Source: an uncultured Thermoplasmata archaeon (GTDB taxonomy: Archaea > Thermoplasmatota > Thermoplasmata > Lutacidiplasmatales > UBA184). Taken from it: 64,000 nt of DNA. The notes under the pieces are model-generated. The model made no database searches, was not told the origin of the DNA, and saw only the letters and a program-made list of their open reading frames with translations. The stretch is from contig CAWJFK010000025.1 of assembly GCA_963842165.1 (NCBI GenBank), positions 125,681 through 189,680 of the forward strand, written 5' to 3'. Numbering within the stretch: position 1 is the first letter of the stretch; the number at the start of each line of letters is the position of its first letter. Both the position numbers and the translations under genes were made by a program. Positions 1-11,288 of this stretch are shown in pieces.

Positions 1-1163
1 AGACTGGGGACCTCTATACCTCGGACCAGAACCAGGGAACCTTGATGCTCATCTCCCCTACGGGCGGCACCGGCCCCACCCACTATCCGGTGACCTTCCA
101 CGAAACGGGCCTACCGGCGGGCACTTCCTGGAGCGTCACCTTCAACGGGACCTTAGGGAGCTCGACCACCGCCTCGATCGCCTACTCTGTCCTGAACGGC
201 GGTTATTCGTTCACCACCGGCACGGTGGCCGGGTACACCGCCAACGTGACCGGCGGCCCCGTCACCGTCAACGGAGCGCCCGTCGATGTGGAGATTGGGT
301 TCACCTCGACCGGGACTCCGACCTACGCCGTGACCTTCGACGAAACGGGTCTGCCGTCTCCCCCCTCGTGGACCGTGACCCTCGAAGGTTCACCCCAGAG
401 CGCGACGACGACCATGATCCAGTTCGTGGAGGTCGACGGCTCGTACTCCTTCTCCGTGGGGGCCGTGACCGGCTACACGGCGGCTCCGTCGTCCGGAACG
501 GTGGTCGTGAGCGGGGGGCCGCTGACCCGGGACATCGTGTTCACTCCGACCACGGCCCCGCCCCCCACCTACCCCATCACGTTCACCGAGACCGGGCTCG
601 ATTCCGGGACCAGCTGGTCCGTGACCCTCGCCGGAACGTTGCTCTCCTCGAGCACCTCGACCATCGCGACCACCGCTGCCAACGGAAGCTACCCCTACAC
701 GGTCTCTTCCGTGACGGGGTACACCGCGAGCCCGGCCTCCGGTACCGTGACCATCACCGGGGCGGGCCAGACCGTCGCCATCACGTTCACGGCCACACCG
801 ACCGGCACGTCGCCGCCTCCGTCACCGTCCGGCTTCTTGGGATTGCCGGGTTCGGACGGGTACATCCTGTTGGGCATCCTCGTCGCCGCGATCGCCGCGA
901 TCCTCTTCCTGGTCCTGGCGCGGCGGCCGAACTATCCGATCGTCTTCACGGAGACCGGTCTGCCCGGCGGGTACGCGCTGGTCCGTGCGGCTGAAGGACG
1001 TCACCGAGTTCTCGGAGACGGAGACGATCCGATTCAGTCGGCCGAGCGGCACCTACGAGTATGAAGTGGCTCCCTCGGCGGGCCATTCCCCCACCCCGGC
1101 GACCGGCTATGCGGTCGTCGAGCGGGAGCGTCGAGACATCCCGTCCGGTTCGGCCCCCCCTAA
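1..1163 (+). CDS. Membrane-anchored surface protein with tandem Thermoplasmata/thermopsin-type beta repeats (5' truncated, frameshifted)
   Basis: Three repeats of Y-x-V/I-T-F-x-E-T-G-L...W-S/T-V-T, then a Pro/Ser linker and a TM helix (YILLGILVAAIAAILFLVLA-RR). A fourth repeat continues in another frame to a probable TAA at 1161-1163. Confidence 0.8.
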
Positions 1164-1269
1164 ACGGACCCGCGCATCGGACCGGGTGGTCGAGCGGCCG
1201 GCCCCTGGATTCTGTTCAAGTCCGTCCATTCGGTGGAGAAGCCAAGGCCAGCAGGCCCGAGTCCTCTGA

Positions 1270-1985
1270 TCAAGGAAGCGCCAACGCGTTCGTGGTCCCG
1301 GTGTAGCTCTGCATGCCTTGGGCGACGAATTGGAGCCCTAGTCCCGTAGGATTCTGGGTGCCCATATCGATCACAATGGAATCGGTAGTGTTGAGAGGGG
1401 TGCCGTCCGTGACACCGCTCCCGAGGGTCCAGTCCGACGACATTCCCATCGAACCCCCGACGGCGGCATACTGGGCCACCACCGTGCCGTTCGAGTTCAG
1501 GATGGAGAATCCGTGGCCGGCGGTCGCCACGTCGATCGCCCCTCGCTCGGTCTGGACGAAGAACCACGCGGATCCAACGGTGATCGTAGACTCGATGATG
1601 CTCAGCCCGTAATAGAAGTCGGCGGGGCCCTGACAGCCCGTGGAGAGGAAAGTGCTGCCGACGGGGCATTGTCCGACCGTCGGAACGCCAGGAAGGAAAG
1701 CGGTACGAGGGGGGTGTTGCCGGCACAGTGGCAGAAACCCCGGCCGATCAGGCCCCCGTACTCCAGCCCTACCAGCCCTACTACGAGTGCCGCGGCTGAG
1801 ACGACCACCACGACCGCTACGACGATGGCAACGTCCGGACTCGGCCGTGAAGGCGCGGGTGGCCAGAGCGAGCGCGGCCCATAGGTCGGAGACCCTGGCC
1901 CGGCGACCCGAGCCCCGCACGCCGGACAGAAGGGGTAACCGGGGGTGAGGGGTCGGCCGCATTGCGCGCAGGGCGAGGATGCCAT
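1270..1985 (-). CDS. Zinc-ribbon / TM / archaeal pilin-like domain protein (frameshift near 1705)
   Basis: N-terminal CAQC..CPAC, Pro-rich linker, hydrophobic helix. The C-terminal domain aligns by eye with the pilin at 41503-42140 (IVIDMG..P..TG.GL..VA.G..S..G.T..LALP). Confidence 0.7.
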
Positions 1986-2193
1986 CCGCGTCTCCCCCGC
2001 CTCTACCACACGACCCAGGTCGTGTTAAACTGGGCGTGCACGTGCCATGGCCCGGGGCGGGACGTACTCCCGACCGTGGGGCCAGGTCCGGTACGCTTTC
2101 CCGATGGACTCTCCCTCCCCAATGAGGCCGTCAAGCCCGGACCACCCAAGCCGTGATATAGCGCGCTCCGGTGGCACGACGGTCCGTCTCGAA

Positions 2194-3341
2194 ATGCCCG
2201 ATTTCTCGCTGTCCGCGGAGCAGGAAAGTCTCCGGGATATGGCCCGGAAGTTCGCACGGACGGAGATGGTGCCGCACGCGGCCGAGTGCGACCGGACCCC
2301 TCGGTTCCCGGAGGAGATCTACCGCAAGGCGTACGACCTCGGCCTCATGAACCTCAACGTACCCGTCGAGTACGGGGGCAGCGGCCTCGGCCTCTTCGAC
2401 CAGTGCCTCATCGTCGAGGAGCTCGCCCACGCCTGCGGCGGCATGACGACCTCCGTGATCGCGAACTGCCTCGCCCTGGAACCGATCCTCCTCGGCGGTA
2501 CGCCCGAGCAGAAGGAACGCTTCCTCACGCCGTTCTGCTCCGAGTACCACTTTGCGTCCTTCGCCCTCACCGAGCCGTCGGGGGCAGCGACGCCGGGGGG
2601 CTCTTGACCCGGGCCCGCCGGGACGGCGACCATTACGTCCTCGACGGCGAGAAGTGCTTCATCACGAACGCTCCGCACGCTTCCCTGTTCACGGTCTTCG
2701 CGACGGTCGACCCGAGCTTGCGGACGAAGGGCATCACGGCGTTCGTCGTCCCTCGCTCCGCCGTTGGCCTCAGCACCGGCAAGGACGAGGAGAAGATGGG
2801 CCATCGGGCCTCGTCGACCAGCACGGTGCGGTTCGACGGCGTGAAAGTCCCGGTCGAAGACCGTCTCGGCGAGGAGGGCGGGGGCTTCTCGATCGCGATG
2901 CGGACGCTCGACCAGACCCGGACCCCGATCGGTGCGCTGGCCACCGGAATCGCCCAGGCCGCCCTCGACCACGCCGCCGCCTACTCCCTCAAGCGTCAAT
3001 CGTTCGGCAAGCCGATCAGTCAGCACCAGGCGATCCAGATCAAACTCGCCAACATGGCCCAAGCCGTCCACGCCGCGCGCCTCCTGACCTGGCAGGCGGC
3101 CTGGACGATCGACCGCGGAGCCAAAGGAACGCTCGAGTCGTCGATCGCGAAGTGCTTCGCTTCCGATGCCGCGCTGCACGTGGCGGACGAGGCGATCCAG
3201 ACCTTCGGCGGGTACGGCTACATGAAGGAGTATCCGGTCGAGAAGCTCCTCCGGGACGCGAAGCTCACCCAGATCTACGAGGGAGCGAACGAGATCCAAC
3301 GGACGGTCATCGCCCGCGAACTGCTCCGTGAGTACGCCTGA
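2194..3341 (+). CDS. Acyl-CoA dehydrogenase (frameshift near 2585)
   Basis: [24 protein letters not shown] and [11 protein letters not shown] motifs. Confidence 0.93.
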
Positions 3342-3355
3342 GCCCGGAGGGCGGC

Positions 3356-4136
3356 GTGGAGATCGTCGTCTGCATCAAGCCGGTCCCTGAGGCGGAGACG
3401 CGGCTGCGCGTGGCGCCCGGCGGCCAAACCCTCGATGCGGAGGGCGTGAAGTTCGTCCTGGCCGGGTACGACGAGTCGGCCCTTGAGCAGGCGCTCCTAC
3501 TCAAGGAATCGGTGCCCGGTTCGAAGGTGCATGCCGTTTCGTACGGGCCGACGCCACGGACCGAGGAGGTGCTCCGCGCCGCGATCGCACTAGGCGCCGA
3601 CCTCGCCACCTGGGTCGAGGCGCCGTCGGGCACGGCGGCCGACCCGATCCTCGCCGCGCGATCGCTGGCGGCGGCCATCGCCGCCGTTCCGCACGACCTG
3701 GTCCTCTGCGGCAAGCAGGCCGGCGACGATGAGGCGGGCCTCGTTCCGTCGGCGCTGGGGGAGCTCCTCGGAGTCCCCGACTTCGGCTCGGTCGTGGACC
3801 TTCGGTGGGACCCGTCCGCCTCCCGACTGAAGTTCCTCCGCTCCACGGACCAGGGCGGGGAGCGTTGGGAGGCCCCCACCCCGTGCGTCATCGGGCTCCA
3901 GCAGGCGTGGAACGACCCGCGCACGGCGAAACTGCCGAGCATCCTCAAATCGCGCAAGGCGCCGATCGCGAAGCGTCCTCGGGAGGCGTCCGACCCGGGG
4001 CCGCAGAGCGTGCCGACGGCGTTCGAGCTACCCCCACCGCGGACGGGGGCCCGGATGATCGAGGTACAAGACTCCCGAGGAAGCGGCCCAGAAGCTGGTC
4101 CGCATCCTCCGGGAGGAGGCCAAGGTGTTCCCGTGA
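3356..4136 (+). CDS. etfB: Electron transfer flavoprotein beta subunit (frameshift near C-terminus)
   Basis: [11 protein letters not shown] and [11 protein letters not shown] motifs. Its stop overlaps the etfA GTG start. Confidence 0.9.
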
Positions 4137-5118
4137 CCGGCCCCGTTCTGGTCGTCGGCGAGGTCCAGAACGCCCGCCTGAGCGGTCCGACGCTCGAGGC
4201 GGTGTCGGTGGCTCAGTCGCTCGGCGGCGGGTCCGATGGGATCGTCGGTTTCGCAGGGGGCAGTGCGGCCGGCAGCGCCGCCGCCGAGTTCGGCCGCGTG
4301 GGAGTAGGACGGGTCGCGCTGGCGCGAGACCCGGCGCTCGACTCGCGCCGGTCGCCGCTTTCGCCGCGGTGGTCGCCGCGGCAGCGAACGCGACCGGGGC
4401 CGACACGGTCCTCGTCGGCGGCACGACGTTCGGCCGGGACCTCGTGGGACGGCTCGCCATCCGTTGGGAGGCCGCGGTCGCCACGGGGGTGACGGAGGTT
4501 CGTCGCGAGGGGGGTGCGATCCTCGTGCGGCGACCGATCTTCGGCGGACGCGCGACCGAAACCCGGCGCTTGGAAGCTCCTCGGGTGGCGCTGGCGATCC
4601 GACCTCACGCCTTCGCCTCGCCCCCCCCTGCGGTCGTCTCACCGTCGATCGAGGAAGTCCCGATGGTGCCTCTCCCACCCGAGCTGCTCGCCCCCACGCG
4701 GACCGCCATCGAGACGGCGGCCCAGGGGGCCGGCCCGTCCCTGGGAGACGCCTCCATCGTCGTCTCCGGCGGACGGGGGGTCCGCACCGCCGAGAACTTC
4801 CCGATCGTCGAGGAGCTCGCGGCGTCCCTCGGGGCCGCGGTCGGCGCCTCGCGTGCTGTGACCGACGCGGGGTGGCGCCCGGCCTCGTTCCAGGTCGGCC
4901 AGACCGGACGCTCGGTCTCACCTCAACTCTACATCGCGGTCGGGATCTCGGGCGCGATCCAGCATCTCGTCGGGATGCTGAGCTCCCGAGTGATCGTCGC
5001 GATCAATTCCGACCCGAGCGCGCCAATCTTCCGGGTCGCCGACTTCGGGATCGTGGGCGACCTGTTCCAGGTCGTCCCGGCGCTGACCACCGAGATCCGC
5101 CGTGTCCGCGCCCCGTAG
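4133..5118 (+). CDS. etfA: Electron transfer flavoprotein alpha subunit (frameshift near 4345)
   Basis: [43 protein letters not shown] and [11 protein letters not shown] motifs. Confidence 0.93.
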
Positions 5119-5650
5119 CTCGGCGGGACGGGCGACGGGCCCACTTCGGGCGGCGAATCCAGAAGCGCATCTCGGCCGTCGGCTCGAAGCCGAGCCGCTC
5201 GTAGACGGGCCGGCCCTGGTCGGCGGCGTGCAGGGTCACACGGTTCGCGCCCGAGTCGCGCGCCTCCCGCACCAGCGCCCGGACGATCGCCGAGGCGATC
5301 CCCAGCCGCTGGTGCTCGGGGCGCGTGTACATCGACATGACGTACGGAACGGTGTCGCGGGGGATCCCCGGGCGAGGCTCTTGCGGCATGTACCAGAGGG
5401 CGCCCGAACCCGCCACCTCGTCCCCGGCCATCACGACGTAGGCGACCACATCGCCGGAGCGAAGCCGCGGTCGAAGCCAGCGCCGGTACGGGGCGGCGTG
5501 GTCGCGCAGTTGTCGGGGAGTGTGGTGCCCGATCGAACGCCACATCTCCTCCCGGTGGACGGTAAGGACGGGGATGTCGGAGAGCGTCGCCCGCCGGAGT
5601 CGAAAACGACGGGCGCTGGGGGGGCGCCGGGTTCGCGGGTGGTCGGGCAT
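5003..5650 (-). CDS. GNAT family N-acetyltransferase (3' end uncertain)
   Basis: [18 protein letters not shown] acetyl-CoA motif A and [10 protein letters not shown] motif B. Confidence 0.85.
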   Translation of the reverse strand: MPDHPRTRRPPSARRFRLRRATLSDIPVLTVHREEMWRSIGHHTPRQLRDHAAPYRRWLRPRLRSGDVVAYVVMAGDEVAGSGALWYMPQEPRPGIPRDTVPYVMSMYTRPEHQRLGIASAIVRALVREARDSGANRVTLHAADQGRPVYERLGFEPTAEMRFWIRRPKWARRPSRRATGRGHGGSRWSAPGRPGTGRPRSRSRRPGRLARSGRN

Positions 5651-5655
5651 ACGGG

Positions 5656-6953
5656 TCAAAGGTCGCGGGCCAGGCTCGCCCCGTCCTTGAGCAAGGTCGT
5701 GATGGGGATTCCCGCCGCCTTGCGGACGGATAGGAGGATCCGCTTCATCGACCGCTTGCGCGCCCCATCGTCCGTCATCAGCGCGTGGAAAAGCTCCATC
5801 GCAAACGCAGGATAGACGGTGTAGATCCGGGGATTCCACTTCACCTCGTCGATCCGCTCGAAGTCCCGGAAGTCCGGGAGGACTCCGGTGGTTTCAAGCC
5901 GCCGGTCGTACTCGGCCAGTCGGGTGGCGGACACGTCGCCGGCCTTCTTCGCGGCCAGCGCCGTCTCGGCCGCCTCCAACCCGGAGCGGATGGCGTAGTT
6001 CATGCCCTGGATCACGAGGCCGTTCGAAAAGACGAATCCCGCGGCGTCCCCCACGACCATCCAGCCATCGCCGTGGAAGGCGACGGCCGGCTGGCCCAAC
6101 CGGAAGCGATCAGCTTCGCCCCATATTCGACCAGCTCCGCCCCTTTGAGGCGCGCGGCGATCGTCGGGTGCAGGCGGAACTGTTCGATCAGCTCTTGAGA
6201 GTACACGCCGCGGCCGAACAGCGACTGAATGTTGAGAATGAGACCGACCGAGATCGTGTCGGTGTTCGTGTAGAGGAAGCCCCCGCCCATGACCCCCGGT
6301 GTGAACTGCCCGGTGACCCATTCCTCCGCGTGGCCTTCGCCGGGTCCGAGATGAAATCGGTCCTCGATCTGCCCGGAGTCGAGGCGATAGACCTCCTTGA
6401 TCCCGAGCTCCGTCGCTTCGCCGCTCGAGCCGGCCGGCCGAATGGGGGTTCCCAACGCGAGCCGGGAGTTGGTGCCGTCGGCGAGGATCGTCACGGGCGC
6501 AGTCATCGTCTCCCCGCCTTGTACGACGCCGTGGACGCGCATCCCTTCCCAGTTCAACCGGTCCACCGGGACGCTGGTCACGACGGTCGCCCCCGCCTCC
6601 TCCGCCTTCTTGGCCAACCACGCATCGGTGCGGGCGCGAAGCACGGAGTGAGCGACGTACGGCTCCTTCCGCCAGGCCCCGTCGTCGAACTCAAACGAGA
6701 GGGCGCTCTCGGCGGTGAGGAAGCCGAAGCGCTTGCGGATGATGTGGCGCTCGACCGGCATCTCGTGCCACCATCCCGGCAGGATCCGGTCGAGGTCGTG
6801 ACCCCACAGAATGCCCCCGGAGAGATTCTTTGCGCCGACCTCAGCGCCCCGCTCTAACAGCAGCACGTTCGCCCCGCCTTGGGCGAGACGGATGGCGGCC
6901 GAGGATCCGGCCATCCCGGCGCCGACGACGATCACGTCGAAGTCGTCCGACAT
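5656..6953 (-). CDS. fixC: FixC-like FAD-dependent ETF:quinone oxidoreductase (frameshift near 6090)
   Basis: GAGMAG Rossmann motif, ERGAEVGAKNLSGG, MPVERHI and VVGDAAGF..QGMNYA. Lies beside the ETF genes. Confidence 0.8.
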
Positions 6954-7084
6954 GTCCGACCGTCACGAGGCGTAAGGGCAGTTTAGCTCTCCGGTGGGCC
7001 TCTCGGGCGATCTCCGGGGCCTGAACAATCAGGCCGTTCCCGGGGCCGCCGCTCCGCCCCGCTCCGCGGCCCCGGGGGAAGTCG

Positions 7085-7717
7085 CTAGCGAGGGGGAGCC
7101 GGCGCCGGGGGCGGCGCGGGCGGATACACCGGGTTCGTCAGGTTCTGCGTGGCGTTCTCGATGTCCTTCTGGAACCGGAACGGTTTGGGGATCCCTTCCC
7201 AGTCCTCGTTCCCGACGCGGGAGCCGCCCTCGGAGCTGACGCGGACCGTGCCGTACCCGAGCATCCGTTGCACGACGCTCTGGTGGACGTCAACCCCGCG
7301 GACCTGGGTCACCGGGATCTCGTCGAAGTTGCGGCCGAGGATCCCCTTCTGGACGATCACCCGGCGGGAGGTGACGGCGTAGACGGTGGAGATCCAGCGC
7401 AGGAAGCGGACGAGGATCCACAGAAGGCCGACGAGGAACAGGACCGCCCAGAGCCAGGTGACGTACATCTGGATGGTCGAATTGTGCGTGAATTGGAGAC
7501 TGAACCAGTCGGAGAGCGCCCCCCACTTCGGGACGGAACTGTAGACGTCACCGGCGGCGGCCAGGGTCAAGAGTCCCCAGAACAGGGTCCACAGGATCGG
7601 GCCGGGGAAGTAGTACAGTTTGGTCGCCCGGGTCTCCTCCAGGAGGTACTCTTGGTCGGCCAGGTAGGTCGCCTTCAGGTGCTTCGGCATCGCGCGCGTC
7701 GGGGTCGTCGTGGCCAT
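7085..7717 (-). CDS. Membrane protein with bacterial PH domain (bPH_2/YdbS-like)
   Basis: Two TM segments followed by YAVTSRRVIVQKGIL..QSVVQRMLGYGTVRV. Confidence 0.8.
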   Translation of the reverse strand: MATTTPTRAMPKHLKATYLADQEYLLEETRATKLYYFPGPILWTLFWGLLTLAAAGDVYSSVPKWGALSDWFSLQFTHNSTIQMYVTWLWAVLFLVGLLWILVRFLRWISTVYAVTSRRVIVQKGILGRNFDEIPVTQVRGVDVHQSVVQRMLGYGTVRVSSEGGSRVGNEDWEGIPKPFRFQKDIENATQNLTNPVYPPAPPPAPAPPR

Positions 7718-7805
7718 CGGTCGGCCCACGCCGCTCTCCCCTGATAACCTCTCGGTCGGAGTGCGCCGGTCGCGCCTTATATCGGGAGGCCCGCTCGGTC
7801 GCCCG

Positions 7806-8657
7806 ATGGGTGTCACGGACTGCCACGTACACATCAACCCGATCTGGGAGATGCGACCCGACGCGGCCGAGCTCCTCGGGTACGCCGGCGCCGGTCCGAC
7901 GCACTACCTCACTGACCCTCCGGCTTTCCTCGAGTACCTGACCGCTTCGGGGGTGGAGCGGGCCGTCCTCATCAACTACGTCGCACCGGACGTCATCGGA
8001 TACACGGAGAAAGCGAACGACTTCGTCAGCGAGTACGTCCGCGCGGACCCCCAGCGTTTGGTAGCGGTCGGGGGCCTGCGACCGGACCACCCCGACCCGG
8101 GCGGAGAGGTCGCCCGGCTCGGCCGAGCAACTCCACCTCCGGGCGATCAAGCTCCATCCGCCGCACCAAGGGTTCCGCCCGAATGCGTACACCGACGGGG
8201 ACCTGCCCGGACTCCGCGAGCTCTACGCGGCCTGCGCGCGCTACGAGCTCCCCGTCATCTTCCACACCGGCACGAGCGTCTTCCCCGGGCCCGCAACCGG
8301 TTCGCCGACCCGATGATGATCGAGGACGTGGCCCTCGACTTCCCGGACCTCACGATCGTCCTCGCGCACGGGGGCCGCCCGATCTGGATGGAGACCGCCG
8401 TCTTCCTCGCCCGCCGGTTCCCGAACGTCTGGCTCGAGGTGAGTGGGGTGCCCCCGAGCCGGCTGCTCGACTACTTCCCGACCCTTCCGCGCCTGTCCGA
8501 GAAGGTCCTGTTCGGCACCGATTGGCCCGGCCCCGGCGTCAAGGACATTCGCACGAACCTCGACGCCTTCCGCTCGCTCCCGATCCCGGCCGACGCCCAA
8601 CGACGGATCCTCGAAGAGAATCCACTCAAGGTTTTCCCTCGCCGGGGGCCGACCTGA
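7806..8657 (+). CDS. Amidohydrolase family protein (frameshifted)
   Basis: DCHVH, IKLHP, IFHTG, LAHGG and LFGTDWP motifs across frames. Confidence 0.85.
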   Translation: MGVTDCHVHINPIWEMRPDAAELLGYAGAGPTHYLTDPPAFLEYLTASGVERAVLINYVAPDVIGYTEKANDFVSEYVRADPQRLVAVGGLRPDHPDPGGEVARLGRATPPPGDQAPSAAPRVPPECVHRRGPARTPRALRGLRALRAPRHLPHRHERLPRARNRFADPMMIEDVALDFPDLTIVLAHGGRPIWMETAVFLARRFPNVWLEVSGVPPSRLLDYFPTLPRLSEKVLFGTDWPGPGVKDIRTNLDAFRSLPIPADAQRRILEENPLKVFPRRGPT

Positions 8658-8682
8658 AATACTGGGGTCGGCTCGGCGGCTC

Positions 8683-9114
8683 GTGACGACCGACTCCGGC
8701 CCGGCCGACGCCGAAGGGACCCCTCCCGCCCCGACGGTCGAGGAGACCCCGCCGGTGGTCGAGATCACGGAGGGCGGCGAGGAGGTCGGTCGACTTCCGC
8801 TCCCCCGCCGCAACCGGGGCGAGGTCTTCGGGATTGCGAATCAACTCCTCGGGGCCGCACGCATTCGGGTGATGTGCGAGGACAACATCGCCCGCATGGG
8901 GCGGATCACCGGGAAGATGAAGAAGAAAATGTGGATCCGGGAGGGCGATCTGCTCATCCTCCGTCCGTGGGGGTTCCAGGAAGGGAAGGCCGACATCCTG
9001 TTCCGGTACAGCCGTACGCAGGCGCAGTACCTCGCACGACGCAACCTCCTCCCCCCGTCGGTGAACCTGTTCGGCTCCACCGAACCCAAGCCCGAGCCCA
9101 CGCCGACGACGTAG
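8683..9114 (+). CDS. eif1a: Archaeal translation initiation factor aIF-1A
   Basis: QLLGAARIRVMCED..RMGRITGKMKKKMWIREGDL..PW..KADI..RY..Q signature. Confidence 0.95.
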   Translation: MTTDSGPADAEGTPPAPTVEETPPVVEITEGGEEVGRLPLPRRNRGEVFGIANQLLGAARIRVMCEDNIARMGRITGKMKKKMWIREGDLLILRPWGFQEGKADILFRYSRTQAQYLARRNLLPPSVNLFGSTEPKPEPTPTT

Positions 9115-9121
9115 GAGCTCC

Positions 9122-10618
9122 GTGGGGGTTGCCCTCGGCCGCCCGGTCACCTCGGAAGAGATGGCCGTCGCGGAGGCCAACGCCCTCGCCCTCGGGCTCT
9201 CGACCGACGTGCTCATGGAGAATGCCGGGCGCGTCGTCGCCGAGGAGGTCGTGCACGACGTGCCGACTCCGCAGTCCCGGGTCGCGGTCGTCGCCGGCAC
9301 CGGCAACAACGGCGGCGATGGATTCTGTGCGACCCACTACCTGCTCGAGTGGGATTATCGTCCCGAGATCTGGCTCGTCCAGCCGGCGTCCCAGATCCGG
9401 ACCAGCGCGGCCCGTCGCTGCTTCGAACGGGTCGCTCGACGCTGCCCGATCCACACCGGGGTCCCGGGCCCGGCCGACCTCACCCCGTTCCCGCTCGTGG
9501 TCGATGCGATGCTCGGAACCGGGCAATCCGGTGCGCTGCGCTCCCCGTTCCGGGAAGCGGTACGGGCGGTCCGAGAGAGCGGCGTCCCGGTCCTCGCGAT
9601 CGACGTACCGACCGGCTCTACCGACCCGGACGGGTTGCGGCCGCACCGCACCATCACCCTCGCGGCTTCGAAAGCGGAGTTCGCGCCGGCCGAGCCGGGC
9701 CAGGTCGCGGTCCGGGACATCGGGATCCCCGATGCGGCCTGGAAGGAAACCGGCCCCGGTGATTTCCTCTTCCTCCGCCACGCCCACGGTCGCGAGGGAC
9801 GCGGCCGGACCGGCCGTCTGGTCGTCATCGGTGGGGGGCCGTACGCCGGAGCCCCGGCGCTCGCCGGACTCGCCGCCCTACGTTCGGGCGCCGAGCGGGC
9901 GACCATCTTCGCTCCGGGCGGGGCCGCCGACCGTATCCAGGGGTTCAGCCCGAACCTGATCGTGCGTTCGTTCGGCAAGGATCGGTTCACGCCGGCGGAC
10001 GTCGGGCCGATCCTTCGGTACCTCGACCAGACCCCGCCGCGGGCGGTCGTGATGGGGATGGGCGTCGGCACCGAGTCGGAGACGCTCGAAGCCCTCCGGG
10101 CCCTCACCCGCTCGATCCTGGGCCGATACCCGGTCGTGATCGACGCCGACGCACTCTCGGTGCTTCCCGACATCGTCCGGGGTCGCACGCTGGCGCACCC
10201 CGTGATCGCGACCCCGAACGGTGGGGAGTTCATCCGCGTCTTCCATGGCCCTAAGGACGGAGCGCCCGAGGAACGGCGGGCGGCCGCCCGGGCCGCGAGC
10301 CAGGACCTCGGCATCACGATCGTGGCCAAGGGAGACCCGGACCTGATCACCGAGGGAGCGGAGCTCTACGAGAACCGCCACCACGCCCTCGCGATGACCG
10401 TGGGGGGCTCCGGCGATGTCCTCGGTGGGGTCCTGGGGAGCTTGCTCGCCCAGGGCCTCGGGGCTACGGGCGCGGCGTTGCTGGGGACCTACTGGGTAGG
10501 GGAGGCCGGCCTTCGGGTCGCAGCGACCCGTGGCGACGGCCTGGTCGCCACGGACTTGATCGAGGAACTGCCGGCCGTGCTGGTCGCCGGCCTCGGCCGG
10601 GTCCGTCACCCCGAGTGA
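9122..10618 (+). CDS. nnr: Bifunctional NAD(P)H-hydrate epimerase/dehydratase
   Basis: LMENAG, GNNGGDG, IDVPTG (YjeF_N), then IDADAL, TPNGGEF and GGSGDVLGG. Confidence 0.92.
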   Translation: MGVALGRPVTSEEMAVAEANALALGLSTDVLMENAGRVVAEEVVHDVPTPQSRVAVVAGTGNNGGDGFCATHYLLEWDYRPEIWLVQPASQIRTSAARRCFERVARRCPIHTGVPGPADLTPFPLVVDAMLGTGQSGALRSPFREAVRAVRESGVPVLAIDVPTGSTDPDGLRPHRTITLAASKAEFAPAEPGQVAVRDIGIPDAAWKETGPGDFLFLRHAHGREGRGRTGRLVVIGGGPYAGAPALAGLAALRSGAERATIFAPGGAADRIQGFSPNLIVRSFGKDRFTPADVGPILRYLDQTPPRAVVMGMGVGTESETLEALRALTRSILGRYPVVIDADALSVLPDIVRGRTLAHPVIATPNGGEFIRVFHGPKDGAPEERRAAARAASQDLGITIVAKGDPDLITEGAELYENRHHALAMTVGGSGDVLGGVLGSLLAQGLGATGAALLGTYWVGEAGLRVAATRGDGLVATDLIEELPAVLVAGLGRVRHPE

Positions 10619-10624
10619 GCGAGC

Positions 10625-11275
10625 CTAGGAGTACCGCATCCGGCCGCGGATCTCTTTCGCCCGCTGTCGGACGTCCTTCGCGCCGTTCGGGTTCCCTTCG
10701 GCGTACCCCTCGTGGAACGCGCGGATGAGCCCCTCGGCCTTGGCGTGAAGGGCTCTCAGGTCCCCCTCCGCGAGGTGCAGGTCGATCCCGAGCTCTTCGA
10801 CCCCGGGGCTGCGGCTCCCCATCGAGAGGTCGATGAAGGCCGGGGCTCCGCCGGGCCCGTCGGGGAAGAGCACGTTCGAGCTGGTGAGGTCGCCGTGCGA
10901 GATCCCCCCTGCGTGCAGCCGCCCCAGGGAGTTCCCGAAGGACCGGACCGCCGCGGTGACGAGCTCCGGGGCGATCTCGGTGTTCTCGAGGATCTCCTTG
11001 AGCGTCGGCCCGGGCAGCTCCTCCAGGATGAGGCGGTGGCGGGGAAGGTCGATGTCGTAGAGGATCGGGGTACGGACGCCGAGTCGGCGTGCGTCGACGA
11101 GGAGACGGGCTTCCGTCCGGGTACGTTCTCGACGCAATCGGTCGTCGAGAGCCTTGGGGCGGTAGGCCTTCACGTCCCGCTCCTTCGCGAGCGCGGGAAA
11201 TCCCCACCAGTCGACCTTGCGGAGGGCCGCCTCGGCGCCCCGGGCGATGGGGGGCGTCTCCGGGGGATCGGCCAC
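10625..11275 (-). CDS. bud32: KEOPS complex kinase Bud32
   Basis: GAEA, K-R..KAYR..LD..LR..RT..EA, HGDLTSSN and IDL motifs. Confidence 0.92.
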   Translation of the reverse strand: MADPPETPPIARGAEAALRKVDWWGFPALAKERDVKAYRPKALDDRLRRERTRTEARLLVDARRLGVRTPILYDIDLPRHRLILEELPGPTLKEILENTEIAPELVTAAVRSFGNSLGRLHAGGISHGDLTSSNVLFPDGPGGAPAFIDLSMGSRSPGVEELGIDLHLAEGDLRALHAKAEGLIRAFHEGYAEGNPNGAKDVRQRAKEIRGRMRYS

Positions 11276-11288
11276 GGGGATCCGCTCC

